Shown here: one piece after another, positions 16,422 through 25,005 of the stretch
Layout of the letters: each line of letters begins with the position of its first letter
How positions within the stretch are numbered: position 1 is the stretch's first letter
Assembly (NCBI GenBank): GCA_031431875.1
Contig: JANPEF010000121.1
Location: 1 to 50,998, forward strand
DNA from: Candidatus Eiseniibacteriota bacterium
Lineage (GTDB): Bacteria; Eisenbacteria; RBG-16-71-46; DASYSL01
Reading direction: 5' to 3'
DNA length: 50,998 bases
Notes under the pieces: generated by a model
Database searches by the model: none
What the model saw: the letters and a program-made list of their open reading frames with translations, nothing else
Told to the model about the DNA's origin: nothing
Program-made: the position numbers and the translations under genes

Positions 16422-18280
16422 GCGGCGCCCCCCGCGTCTCGCGTCGGGTCGAGCGCGTCCTTCACCCGCACGGCGACGATCCGCGGCACGCCGGCCCGCT
16501 CGACGATCGTCGGCACGTCGGCCTGGGCCAGTGCGGCGATCGAGCCGAACGCGCCGAGCAGCGCGCGGCGGCGCGCGGGGCCGACGCCCGGCACGTCGTC
16601 GAGTGCGCTGCGCACGGTGCGCTTCGAGCGCAGCGTGCGGTGATATGTGATGGCGAAGCGGTGTGCCTCGTCGCGCAGGCGCATGAGCGAGCGCAGCGCG
16701 AATGAGCGCTTCGGCAGACGGATCTCGCCGCCGTCGGGACGCACGATCGTCTCCTCGCGCTTGGCGAGGCCGACCAGGGGCAGGTTCGGGAGCCCCGCCG
16801 CGAGGGGGTTCTCCGCAGCGAGCGCAGTGAGCGCGGCGGCGGCGGCGCCCACCTGGCCGATGCCACCGTCGATGACGATCAGGTCCGGTTGCGGCCACTC
16901 TCCGGCCGCGACGTGAGCGAAGTAGCGCCCGACCGCCTCGTTCATCATCGCGAAGTCGTCGGGGCCGGGCGTCTTCATGCGCATCTTCCGATAGTCGCCG
17001 CGCTTGGGCTGCCCGTTCTCCATGACCACCACCGAGGCGGTGGGATCGGTGCCCGAGATGTTCGAGATGTCGAAACAGACGACGCGGAACGGCGGCGCCG
17101 GCAGGCCGAGCGCCCGCTGCAGTTCGTAGACGCCAGGCTGGTAGCGCACGCGATGCCCACCGCGACGCGCCAGCGCGACCTCGAGGCCGAGCCGCGCGTT
17201 CTCCCCCGCCGCGTCGAGCAACGTGCGGGCGCGGCCCCGTTTTCCCGCCTCGAGCGCGATGGCCCGGCCCTGCGCCTTGAGCGCCAGCGCGAGCGTCGCC
17301 TCGTCCTCGGGCACGACCGGCAGCCAGAGCGCCCGCGGCCACGTCGCCGCGCGCAGGTAGTGCTGGAGGATGAAGTCGGCCAGGATCCGCTCCTCGCCCT
17401 GGTCGCGCACGCCGCGCAGCAGCATCGTGTCGCTCCCCGCGACGCGCCCGTCGCGCACGTGCAGCGCGACGACGACCGCGCGGTCGCCGTGGCGCGCCAG
17501 GCCGAGCGCATCGGCGTCGTAGGCGCGCGGCCCGAGCACGCGCTGGCCCTGCGTCATGCGATCGAGCAGCGCCAGGCGGTCCCGCACGTGTGCCGCGTCC
17601 TCGTAGCGCCGCTCGCCGGCGGCGAGGCTCATGTCGTCGGCAAGGGTGCCGCGCAGGTCCTCGTCCTTGCCGGCGAGGAAAAGCGTGAAGCGATCGACCA
17701 GCGCGCGGTGCGCGGCCGCGTCGACGCCCGACTTCGACCAGCAGGGCGCGACGCAGCGCTGGATGTGCGCATTGAGGCACGGGCGGTCCTCGCGGCGATG
17801 TCGTTCGAAGTCGCGGCAGGTGCGGATGGGAAACATGCGGCGCAGGAAGCGCAGCGTCGAGCGCAGGGCCTTGACGTCGGTGTACGGACCGAAATAGCGC
17901 CCGCCGTCCTCGAGCACGCGGCGCGTCACGGTCAGGCGCGGCACCTCGTCCTGGATCGACAGCTTCACCCATGGGAACGACTTGTCGTCCTTGAGCCGCA
18001 CGTTGAAGTACGGCTGGTGCTCGCGGACGAGGGTCGCCTCGAGGATGAGCGCCTCCGCCTCCCCGCCGGTCACGATCACGTCGAGGTCCCCGACGAGCGC
18101 GACAAGCCGATCAGTGCGCGGATGGGGCGCACGGCCAGCCTGGAAATACGAACGCACCCGCTGGTCCAGGCGCTTCGCCTTCCCGACGTAGAGAATCTTG
18201 CCCAGGCGACTCTTGAAGAGATAGCAGCCGGGGCTGGGCGGCAGGCGTTCGAGGGTCGCGCGAACGCGGTCCTGCAGCAA
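16418..18280 (-). CDS. uvrC: Excinuclease ABC subunit C
   Basis: GIY-YIG domain PGCYLFK...LYVGKAK.L..RVRSYF, Cys cluster, CFDISNISG, IDGGIGQ, RLRDEAHRFAI, HhH; TTG start with GGAAGGAGG RBS (start inferred). Confidence 0.96.
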   Translation of the reverse strand: MLQDRVRATLERLPPSPGCYLFKSRLGKILYVGKAKRLDQRVRSYFQAGRAPHPRTDRLVALVGDLDVIVTGGEAEALILEATLVREHQPYFNVRLKDDKSFPWVKLSIQDEVPRLTVTRRVLEDGGRYFGPYTDVKALRSTLRFLRRMFPIRTCRDFERHRREDRPCLNAHIQRCVAPCWSKSGVDAAAHRALVDRFTLFLAGKDEDLRGTLADDMSLAAGERRYEDAAHVRDRLALLDRMTQGQRVLGPRAYDADALGLARHGDRAVVVALHVRDGRVAGSDTMLLRGVRDQGEERILADFILQHYLRAATWPRALWLPVVPEDEATLALALKAQGRAIALEAGKRGRARTLLDAAGENARLGLEVALARRGGHRVRYQPGVYELQRALGLPAPPFRVVCFDISNISGTDPTASVVVMENGQPKRGDYRKMRMKTPGPDDFAMMNEAVGRYFAHVAAGEWPQPDLIVIDGGIGQVGAAAAALTALAAENPLAAGLPNLPLVGLAKREETIVRPDGGEIRLPKRSFALRSLMRLRDEAHRFAITYHRTLRSKRTVRSALDDVPGVGPARRRALLGAFGSIAALAQADVPTIVERAGVPRIVAVRVKDALDPTRDAGGAA

Positions 18281-18406
18281 GGGAGGTGGCCTCCTTCCGT
18301 GAGTCCCGGTGTGGGTCGAGATTCGCACGGGTCCGGGATTATTGTCAACATGACCTCCCTCCCACCCGCCCGCCCGATGACTTCCCGGCGCCTCCCGCCG
18401 CCGGAC

Positions 18407-18435
18407 TTGACGGATCGCCCCGGATTCGCTAACTT
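18407..18435 (+). promoter_or_regulatory. sigma70-type promoter of rpsT
   Basis: TTGACG-N17-TAACTT upstream of an AGGAGG RBS. Confidence 0.65.
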
Positions 18436-18472
18436 CCGCCGGTACCGTCAGTTGATTCCAACAGGAGGAGCA

Positions 18473-18730
18473 ATGCCGCATCACAAGTCTGCGAAGAAGC
18501 GCGTGGGGACCAACGAGAAGGCCCGCCTGGCCAACCTCGCGGTCAAGTCGAAGGTCCGTGGCGCGGTCAAGAAGGTGCGCGAAGCCAAGAGCCGGACGGA
18601 CGCGGATCCCCGCCTCCAGACCGCCCTCTCGGTGCTCGATCGCGCCGCGCAGAAGGGCGTCATCCCGCGGGCCACGGCCAGCCGCTACAAGTCGCGCCTG
18701 ACGCTTTTCGTGCACAAGCTCCCCGCCTAG
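18473..18730 (+). CDS. rpsT: 30S ribosomal protein S20
   Basis: MPHHKSAKKRV...LDRAAQKGVIPRATASRYKSRL; 85 aa. Confidence 0.97.
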   Translation: MPHHKSAKKRVGTNEKARLANLAVKSKVRGAVKKVREAKSRTDADPRLQTALSVLDRAAQKGVIPRATASRYKSRLTLFVHKLPA

Positions 18731-18744
18731 GGAGCTTCCGCACC

Positions 18745-19218
18745 ATGTCTTCGGCGAGGACGAGCTCGCGGCCCTGCGCCGCGCTCGTCCTCGCTTTCGT
18801 TTGCCTGCTGGCGACGCCGGCGATCGTCGCCCCCGCCCATGCCGCCGATCCAGCGGATGAACCAATCGGCCCCGACCACACGACCGCGCACATCGCGATC
18901 GGCGTCGGCGCCGGCCTCACGGTCGCCTCATTCCTGCTCGCCGAAGGCGGGGACCGCGCGTACGACCGTTATGTCACCGGGACCGATCCGGCCCAACTCG
19001 AGGACGACTACGACGCCGCACAACGCTTCGACCGTCTCGCGGCGGCGACGCTGATTGCCGGCCAGGTGGCTCTCTTCTACGGCTTGTGGCGGCGCTTCCT
19101 GCACGATCCGCCGCATGGTGCCGCGCACCAGGTCGGCCCCGGACCGCGCCCGACGTGGTCGATCGCCCCCTGCCTCGGTCCCGACGGCCCGGTCCTTGCG
19201 TTCGACCTGCGTTTCTAG
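18745..19218 (+). CDS. Hypothetical exported/membrane protein
   Basis: Signal-like N-terminus, two hydrophobic helices, C-terminal strand ending in F; directly follows rpsT. Confidence 0.7.
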   Translation: MSSARTSSRPCAALVLAFVCLLATPAIVAPAHAADPADEPIGPDHTTAHIAIGVGAGLTVASFLLAEGGDRAYDRYVTGTDPAQLEDDYDAAQRFDRLAAATLIAGQVALFYGLWRRFLHDPPHGAAHQVGPGPRPTWSIAPCLGPDGPVLAFDLRF

Positions 19219-20473
19219 GGTCGTCGCGCTCGGCGCGCTCACGCTGCTGGCCGCGGGCTGTGGCGAGCGGCCGCGGACGAATCCGCTCGATCCCGGAAAC
19301 CCAGAGACCGGTGGCGGCCCGCAGGGCTTCCGCGCCCTGGCCGGCTCCTCGACCGTCGGGCTGCACTGGCGGGCCGCGCCGGCGGGCACCGACCTCCTCG
19401 GCTTCCGGCTCGAGCGCCGACGACTCGGTTCGGATCCCTTTGTGCAGGTCGGGCCCCTCCTGGCACTCGACGCCACCGGCTACGACGACGGCGCCGTGCT
19501 CGACGACATCGACTTCGAGTACCGCCTCGCCTTCGTCGGTCGCGACACGGTGACGAGCGGCACTCCTGTGACCGCGCTGGCCCGGCCGGGCCGCGAGGTC
19601 GTGTGGGTCAGCGATCCCGGCTTCGACGAGCTGGCGCGCCTCACGCCCGACGGCCGGGCGCGCGTGCTCACGATCACCGGCGTCCTGCGCGTCAACCGGA
19701 TCGCCATCGACGTCGGTGACGGCGCCGTGTGGGCGACTGAACCGTTCGACGGTCGCGTGCGCGTCTTCGCCGCCGGCGGCGGGCCGCTCTCGAGCTTCCG
19801 GATCGACGGCGCGCCGAACGCCATCACCGTCGACCCGACGAGCGGCTCGGCGTGGATCGCCGACGAGGACAACGGCGGTGTCGTGCGCATGAATCGCCTG
19901 GGCGCCCCGCTCGCCGCGGCCGGGCTGTTCACCAACCCGCAGGACCTCGCGCTCACCTCCGGCGGCGGTGCCTGGGTGGTCGACCCGGGGGCGGGCATCG
20001 TGATGCGCATCGCTGCGTCGGGCGCCCGTGGGCCGGTCGCCTCCCTCGGCGGCGACCCGCGCCGCGTCGCCGTCGACCCGCTCGACGGCTCGGTGTGGGT
20101 GACACGCTTCGCCGCCGGCGAGGTGATGAAGCTCTCCCCCGACGGCGAGATCCTCACGCGCACCGCGCTCAGCCCCGGGCCGTACGCGATCGACATCGAC
20201 GAGGGCCGCAACCTCGTGTGGATCGGGCTCGACACCGGCAATGCGGTCGTGGCGCTCGACCGGCGCACCGGGGGCGAGGTCCGCCGCGTCGAGGGCATCG
20301 CGCGCCCGCGCGGGCTCGCGGTCGCCGATCGCACGGGCGAGGTGTGGGTCGCCGCGATCGCCAGCGGCGAGGTGGTGCGCGTCTCGAGCGCCGGCGTGGT
20401 GCTGGGCCGCACGGGCGGCTTCGGCGCCCCGTTCGACGTACGCATCGACCCGGGGCCGCGCGACCTCCCCTGA
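19196..20473 (+). CDS. Lipoprotein with FN3-like domain and NHL/YVTN-like beta-propeller (start uncertain)
   Basis: Lipobox LAAGC followed by RTNPLDP; repeats P..IAVDP..GSVWV. Confidence 0.8.
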   Translation: MRSTCVSRVVALGALTLLAAGCGERPRTNPLDPGNPETGGGPQGFRALAGSSTVGLHWRAAPAGTDLLGFRLERRRLGSDPFVQVGPLLALDATGYDDGAVLDDIDFEYRLAFVGRDTVTSGTPVTALARPGREVVWVSDPGFDELARLTPDGRARVLTITGVLRVNRIAIDVGDGAVWATEPFDGRVRVFAAGGGPLSSFRIDGAPNAITVDPTSGSAWIADEDNGGVVRMNRLGAPLAAAGLFTNPQDLALTSGGGAWVVDPGAGIVMRIAASGARGPVASLGGDPRRVAVDPLDGSVWVTRFAAGEVMKLSPDGEILTRTALSPGPYAIDIDEGRNLVWIGLDTGNAVVALDRRTGGEVRRVEGIARPRGLAVADRTGEVWVAAIASGEVVRVSSAGVVLGRTGGFGAPFDVRIDPGPRDLP

Positions 20474-20479
20474 CGGAGC

Positions 20480-23308
20480 CTAGAACAGGTAGCCGATCGT
20501 GAACTGCGTGTGCGTCGTCGGCCCGATCCGGCGGAAGTCCGTGAACTTGACCCAGTCGAGCCGCAGCACCGGGAACCACCCACCGCCGACGTAGACGCCC
20601 GCCCCGATCGAGCCGAGCCGGTCGATCGAGCCTGGCGCCCCGCCGGCGATCGCGCCATCGAGGAAGAACGCCACGCTGACACGCGGGAATTCGATCGGCA
20701 GCGGCGCCCCCAGCCGCGTGCGGCCGAGGATCGGCAGGCGCAGCTCGGTCTGCGCCAGCGCCGTGCGCGTACCGTAGAGCACGCGACGGTCCCACCCGCG
20801 CAGCGCGTAGGGACCGCCGTAGTAGAAACGCTCGGGGTCGTCCCCGCTCGACACCTGCGTCACGATGCGGTTCGCCCACACCACGTCCTTGATCGGGGTG
20901 CGGTAGAAGCGCCCGTCGAGCAGGAGCGAGACGGCGTCGCCGGATCCCGTCGACAGGTCGCGCGTGTAGCCGGCGGTGACGTTGATGCGGTGCCCCCCCA
21001 CCGCCCCGTGCTGGGTGAAGTGCGCGTCGTCGTGCACGAACGAGAAGTAATTCGACAACAGCCACAGGTCCCGGAAGTCGCCGTTGTTCAGCAGGTGATC
21101 CTGCGCGTAACGCAGCACGGTCGAGCCCTCGATGCGCGTGAAGCGCGACAGCGGATACGAGCCCAGCACCGTCCCGCCGATGCGCCGCTCGCGGCGGTAG
21201 AGGTCGATGTCGATGTCGTAGATGCGGGTCAGGCGGAACAGCCCGAGCCCGTAGTTGAGGCGTTGCGCGCGGTTGAAGTAGGTGGCGCTGAACTCCATGC
21301 CGGCGAGGAAGTCATCGAGCGACGCCGCGTCGTTGGCGATGAACAGGTAGACGCCCTCGTTGCCCAGCACGTCCGACAGCGCGATCATGCCGCCGGTCCC
21401 GCCGGTGCCGAGCGCCGGATCGACCGACACGATGCTCTGCGCGATGTCGAGCGACAGGCGTCGCCGGTACGGCTCGGCGGGCTCGAACGCCCGCGGCACC
21501 GCGGCGAGCGCCAGCGGGCACACGCCCGCCCCGCCCGGCGATTCGGGTGCCGGGAGTGCGGGCGCCCACAGGCTGTCGAGCGGCGTGATCGGCACCTCGT
21601 AGAGGTGGAACGACCAGCCCGACTGCCCGGCGAAGAGCAGCCCCTTGCCGTCGGGCCGCCAGGCGGGATCGTAGACCGGCCCGAGGAACCGCGACGCCCG
21701 CTGAACCTGGCCTGCGCGCCACAGCCACAGGTCGTCGATCTCGACGCGGTCGGACAGGAACGCGAGCGTCGTCCCGTCGGGCGACCAGGTCGCGCGGCGA
21801 TCGTCTGCGGGGCCGGCGGTGAGCTTCGTCACCGCCCCGGTCGCGAGGTCCATCTCGTACAGCGCGTGCTGCGGCCCGCCCGCGCTCTCGCGATCCGATG
21901 CCCAGACGATCGCCTGCCGCGTCGGGTGCGCCGTGGGATCGTCGTCGTCGGCCGGGTCGGCGGTGAGCGCCGCGAGCGTGCCGTCGGCGAGGCGCACGCG
22001 GTACAGGTCCGTGCTCCCGCCGACCGCCTGCCCGACGACGACGATCGTCGTGTCACCGGCGACCCACGTCGGCGACGCGAGGCCGACGATCCGGGGGAAC
22101 GCCCAGGTGTGCTCGACCTCGCCGCTCGTGGCATCGACGACGTGGAGCACGTCGCGCCCGGCCTGTTGGGCGACCAGCGCCAGGCGGCCGTCGCGGCTGG
22201 CCCCGATGCGGCTGCGGAAGAAGTGGAACGACTCGAAGCGCGGCGAGAACCCTCCACGCAACAGCCGCCGATCGTCGAGCAGCGTGCCGCCCCGCTCGCG
22301 CCGCACGCGCAGGTCGACCGCACCGTCCTCGGCCCGCAGGTAAGCGAAGCGCAGCGTCGTGTCGCCCGGCGCGGCCGGCGGGAGCACGACCGGGGCGAGA
22401 TCAAACGTGGGGCCGCAGCAGGTCACCGAGCGCGCCACGTCCTTGACCGGAGTGCGCGTCGCCACCTTCGGGTAGTAGCGGCGACGCAGCCCTTCGAACC
22501 ACTCCTTGTCGACGTCCTCGAGCTTCTCGCCGAACGTCTTCTCCCAGATCTCGGGGAACGTCGGCGCATCCATCCAGCGCTCGAAGATCTCCATGACCGC
22601 GCGCTTGCCGCCGTGGCGCGCGGCGATGAACTCGAGGAACGACTGGCCCTCCTTGTACATGAGGACGGTGCCCTCGATGTCCCAGCTCTGCGTCATTGGC
22701 CGCGCGGTGCCGGTAACGACGGCGTCCTGCAGCAGGCCCTCGGCGGTCGCGTCCCACGAGGTGGCGAGGAATTCGGCGAGCCCCTCGGTGAACCACAGGG
22801 GCGGCCACGCGCCACGGTAGTTCTTGTGGTCGTGCCGCTCCTGCGCCAGCCTCTCGAGCATGTAGGCGTGCACCAGCTCGTGGCGCGTCACCCACACGAG
22901 CCGGTGGCGCGAGCCGTTGTGCGGGATCAGCACGCGACCCTTGATCAGCTCGGTGAGCCCACCGGTGCCCTCGCCGATGAACCCGGGCGTGGCGTTCGTG
23001 CGCTGGAATGCCTGGTGCGAGGAGTAGGTGAGGATGGGAATCCGGTTCCGCGGGCGCATGCGAAACGTGGTGTCGAACTCCGCGCAGGTGGACTCGGCGA
23101 TGGCCGCCAGTTCCCGGGCGAGCAGTTCTTCCTCGTCGTAGAAGTAGATCTCGACGTGCTCGGTGCGGAGGAGTCGCCAGTCGAGCCGGTCGTACTGGAC
23201 CTTGTTCTGCCCGTACAGGCCCTGGGCCACGGGTCGTCCCGGCGCGCCGAGGGTGAGGCACGCGGCGACGAACCCGAGGACGGTCACAAGGCGAAGGCGA
23301 GAGTGCAT
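20480..23308 (-). CDS. Omp85/BamA-superfamily protein with N-terminal zinc-peptidase (MA-like) domain and TolB-like PD40 propeller
   Basis: YGQNKVQY, HELVH + PLWFTEGLAE gluzincin motifs, WSPDG/WRPDG repeats, YGGPYALRGW barrel lid motif, C-terminal FTIGYLF. Confidence 0.85.
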   Translation of the reverse strand: MHSRLRLVTVLGFVAACLTLGAPGRPVAQGLYGQNKVQYDRLDWRLLRTEHVEIYFYDEEELLARELAAIAESTCAEFDTTFRMRPRNRIPILTYSSHQAFQRTNATPGFIGEGTGGLTELIKGRVLIPHNGSRHRLVWVTRHELVHAYMLERLAQERHDHKNYRGAWPPLWFTEGLAEFLATSWDATAEGLLQDAVVTGTARPMTQSWDIEGTVLMYKEGQSFLEFIAARHGGKRAVMEIFERWMDAPTFPEIWEKTFGEKLEDVDKEWFEGLRRRYYPKVATRTPVKDVARSVTCCGPTFDLAPVVLPPAAPGDTTLRFAYLRAEDGAVDLRVRRERGGTLLDDRRLLRGGFSPRFESFHFFRSRIGASRDGRLALVAQQAGRDVLHVVDATSGEVEHTWAFPRIVGLASPTWVAGDTTIVVVGQAVGGSTDLYRVRLADGTLAALTADPADDDDPTAHPTRQAIVWASDRESAGGPQHALYEMDLATGAVTKLTAGPADDRRATWSPDGTTLAFLSDRVEIDDLWLWRAGQVQRASRFLGPVYDPAWRPDGKGLLFAGQSGWSFHLYEVPITPLDSLWAPALPAPESPGGAGVCPLALAAVPRAFEPAEPYRRRLSLDIAQSIVSVDPALGTGGTGGMIALSDVLGNEGVYLFIANDAASLDDFLAGMEFSATYFNRAQRLNYGLGLFRLTRIYDIDIDLYRRERRIGGTVLGSYPLSRFTRIEGSTVLRYAQDHLLNNGDFRDLWLLSNYFSFVHDDAHFTQHGAVGGHRINVTAGYTRDLSTGSGDAVSLLLDGRFYRTPIKDVVWANRIVTQVSSGDDPERFYYGGPYALRGWDRRVLYGTRTALAQTELRLPILGRTRLGAPLPIEFPRVSVAFFLDGAIAGGAPGSIDRLGSIGAGVYVGGGWFPVLRLDWVKFTDFRRIGPTTHTQFTIGYLF

Positions 23309-23357
23309 GGTCGGACCCGTGCGGCTCGCGCCGGCATCCCGGGTGCGGCGCGGTCCG

Positions 23358-24083
23358 TCACACGAGTGCGTCCTCCAGGGTGTAGCGACCGGGCGGTGCG
23401 CCGGCCCGGACGCGGAGCGCCACGATGGCGCCCGCGGTGAACGCGTCGCGATCGTGCGCGACGTGGGTGAACTCCAGCGTCTCATGCGCGCCGGCGAGCA
23501 ACACGGTGTGCTCGCCCACCCACGCCCCGCCGCGGACGGCGTGCACGCCGATCTCCCCCGCCGGACGCGGACCGACCGCGCCCGAGCGCCCGGCGCGGAC
23601 CCCCGTCGCCAGGTCGCCGCGGGCCCGGGCGACGACCTCGGCCAGCGCGAGCGCGGTGCCCGATGGCGCGTCGACCTTGGCCCGGTGGTGGCGCTCGACG
23701 ATCTCGACGTCGTACCCCGGAAGTGTCGGCAGCACGACGCTCAACGCCCGCGCCAGCGCGGCGACGCCGAGGCTCAGGTTGGGCGCGACCAGGACGGGAA
23801 CGCGCGCGGCGGCGGCATCGAGCGCGGCGTGGACGGCGGCGTCGAGGCCCGTCGTGCCGACGAGGAGCGCGATGCCACGAGCCGCGGCAAGGGGCGCCAG
23901 CGCGGCGGTCCCGGCCGGCGCCGTGAAGTCGGCAAGCACGCGCGCGCCGTTCCAGTCGGCCGCGAGTCCGCCCTCGGGGGGCATGGCGACGACACGGAAC
24001 TCCGCGTCGGCCTCGAGTGCCCGCACCACGCGACCGCCCATCCGGCCCGTGGCCCCCGCGACGGCCACGGGGAGGTGGCTCAA
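23358..24083 (-). CDS. dapB: 4-hydroxy-tetrahydrodipicolinate reductase
   Basis: GATGRMG, VGTTG, APNLSLGV, ERHHRAKVDAPSGTA. Confidence 0.95.
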   Translation of the reverse strand: MSHLPVAVAGATGRMGGRVVRALEADAEFRVVAMPPEGGLAADWNGARVLADFTAPAGTAALAPLAAARGIALLVGTTGLDAAVHAALDAAAARVPVLVAPNLSLGVAALARALSVVLPTLPGYDVEIVERHHRAKVDAPSGTALALAEVVARARGDLATGVRAGRSGAVGPRPAGEIGVHAVRGGAWVGEHTVLLAGAHETLEFTHVAHDRDAFTAGAIVALRVRAGAPPGRYTLEDALV

Positions 24084-24973
24084 CGCGCCACTCCCGTCGG
24101 GTCGGGCAGCAGGATGCCGGCGACCCTCGCCGCGTCGCGCACCGCGAGCGCGGTCGCGGGCTCGACCGGCACGAGTGGCAGGCGCAGCTCATTGACCAGG
24201 ATCCCGAGGTCGGCGAGCAGGCTCTTGGTCGGCGATGGGTTCGACTCGAGGAACAAGGCGCGCATGAGCGGCGTGAGCCGGCGATGAGTCGCCTCGGCGT
24301 CGACCAGGCGTCCCTCGACAAACGCGGTGAGCAGGTCGCGCATGGCGCGCGGCGCGACGTTGCCCACGACCGAGACGACGCCGCGGGCGCCGACGGCGAG
24401 CATGGGTAGCGTCAGCGAATCGTCGCCCGAGAGCACGGTGAGGTCGCAGCGCGCGCGAATCGCGCTCACCTGGTCGAGCGAACCCGAGGCTTCCTTGATC
24501 GCCACCACCGAGTCGAGCTGCGCGATGCGCACGACCGTGTCCGGAAGCATGTTCGTCCCGGTGCGCGACGGCACGTTGTAGGCGATCAGCGGCAGGTCGA
24601 CGGCCTTCGCCACCGCGGTGAAATGCGCGACCAGGCCGGCCGGCGTGGGCTTGTTGTAGTACGGCACGACGATCATCGCGCCGTCGTAGCCGGCGCTGCG
24701 GGCCTCGGCGGTGAGTTCGATCGTGTCGCGGGTGACGTTCGTGCCGGTGCCGGCGACGAGGCGGGCGCGGCTACCGTTGGCGGACTTGACGAGGGCGTAG
24801 AGCCGCCGACGTTCGTCGCGCGTCAGCGCAGGCGCCTCGCCGGTGGTGCCGGCGACGACCAGCGCATCGGCGCCGCCGCGCACGACGAAATCGACGAGCC
24901 GCTCGGTGGCGGACTCGTCGAGCACGCCGTCCTTGAACGGGGTGACCAGGGCGACTGACAGGCCTTCGAACAT
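24080..24973 (-). CDS. dapA: 4-hydroxy-tetrahydrodipicolinate synthase
   Basis: ALVTPF, GTTGE, PYYNKP, YNVPSRTG, IKEASG, LSGDD. Confidence 0.96.
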   Translation of the reverse strand: MFEGLSVALVTPFKDGVLDESATERLVDFVVRGGADALVVAGTTGEAPALTRDERRRLYALVKSANGSRARLVAGTGTNVTRDTIELTAEARSAGYDGAMIVVPYYNKPTPAGLVAHFTAVAKAVDLPLIAYNVPSRTGTNMLPDTVVRIAQLDSVVAIKEASGSLDQVSAIRARCDLTVLSGDDSLTLPMLAVGARGVVSVVGNVAPRAMRDLLTAFVEGRLVDAEATHRRLTPLMRALFLESNPSPTKSLLADLGILVNELRLPLVPVEPATALAVRDAARVAGILLPDPTGVAR

Positions 24974-25005
24974 GGAGCCGAGTGTGCGCCCTCGGCCCCG
25001 AGGCG

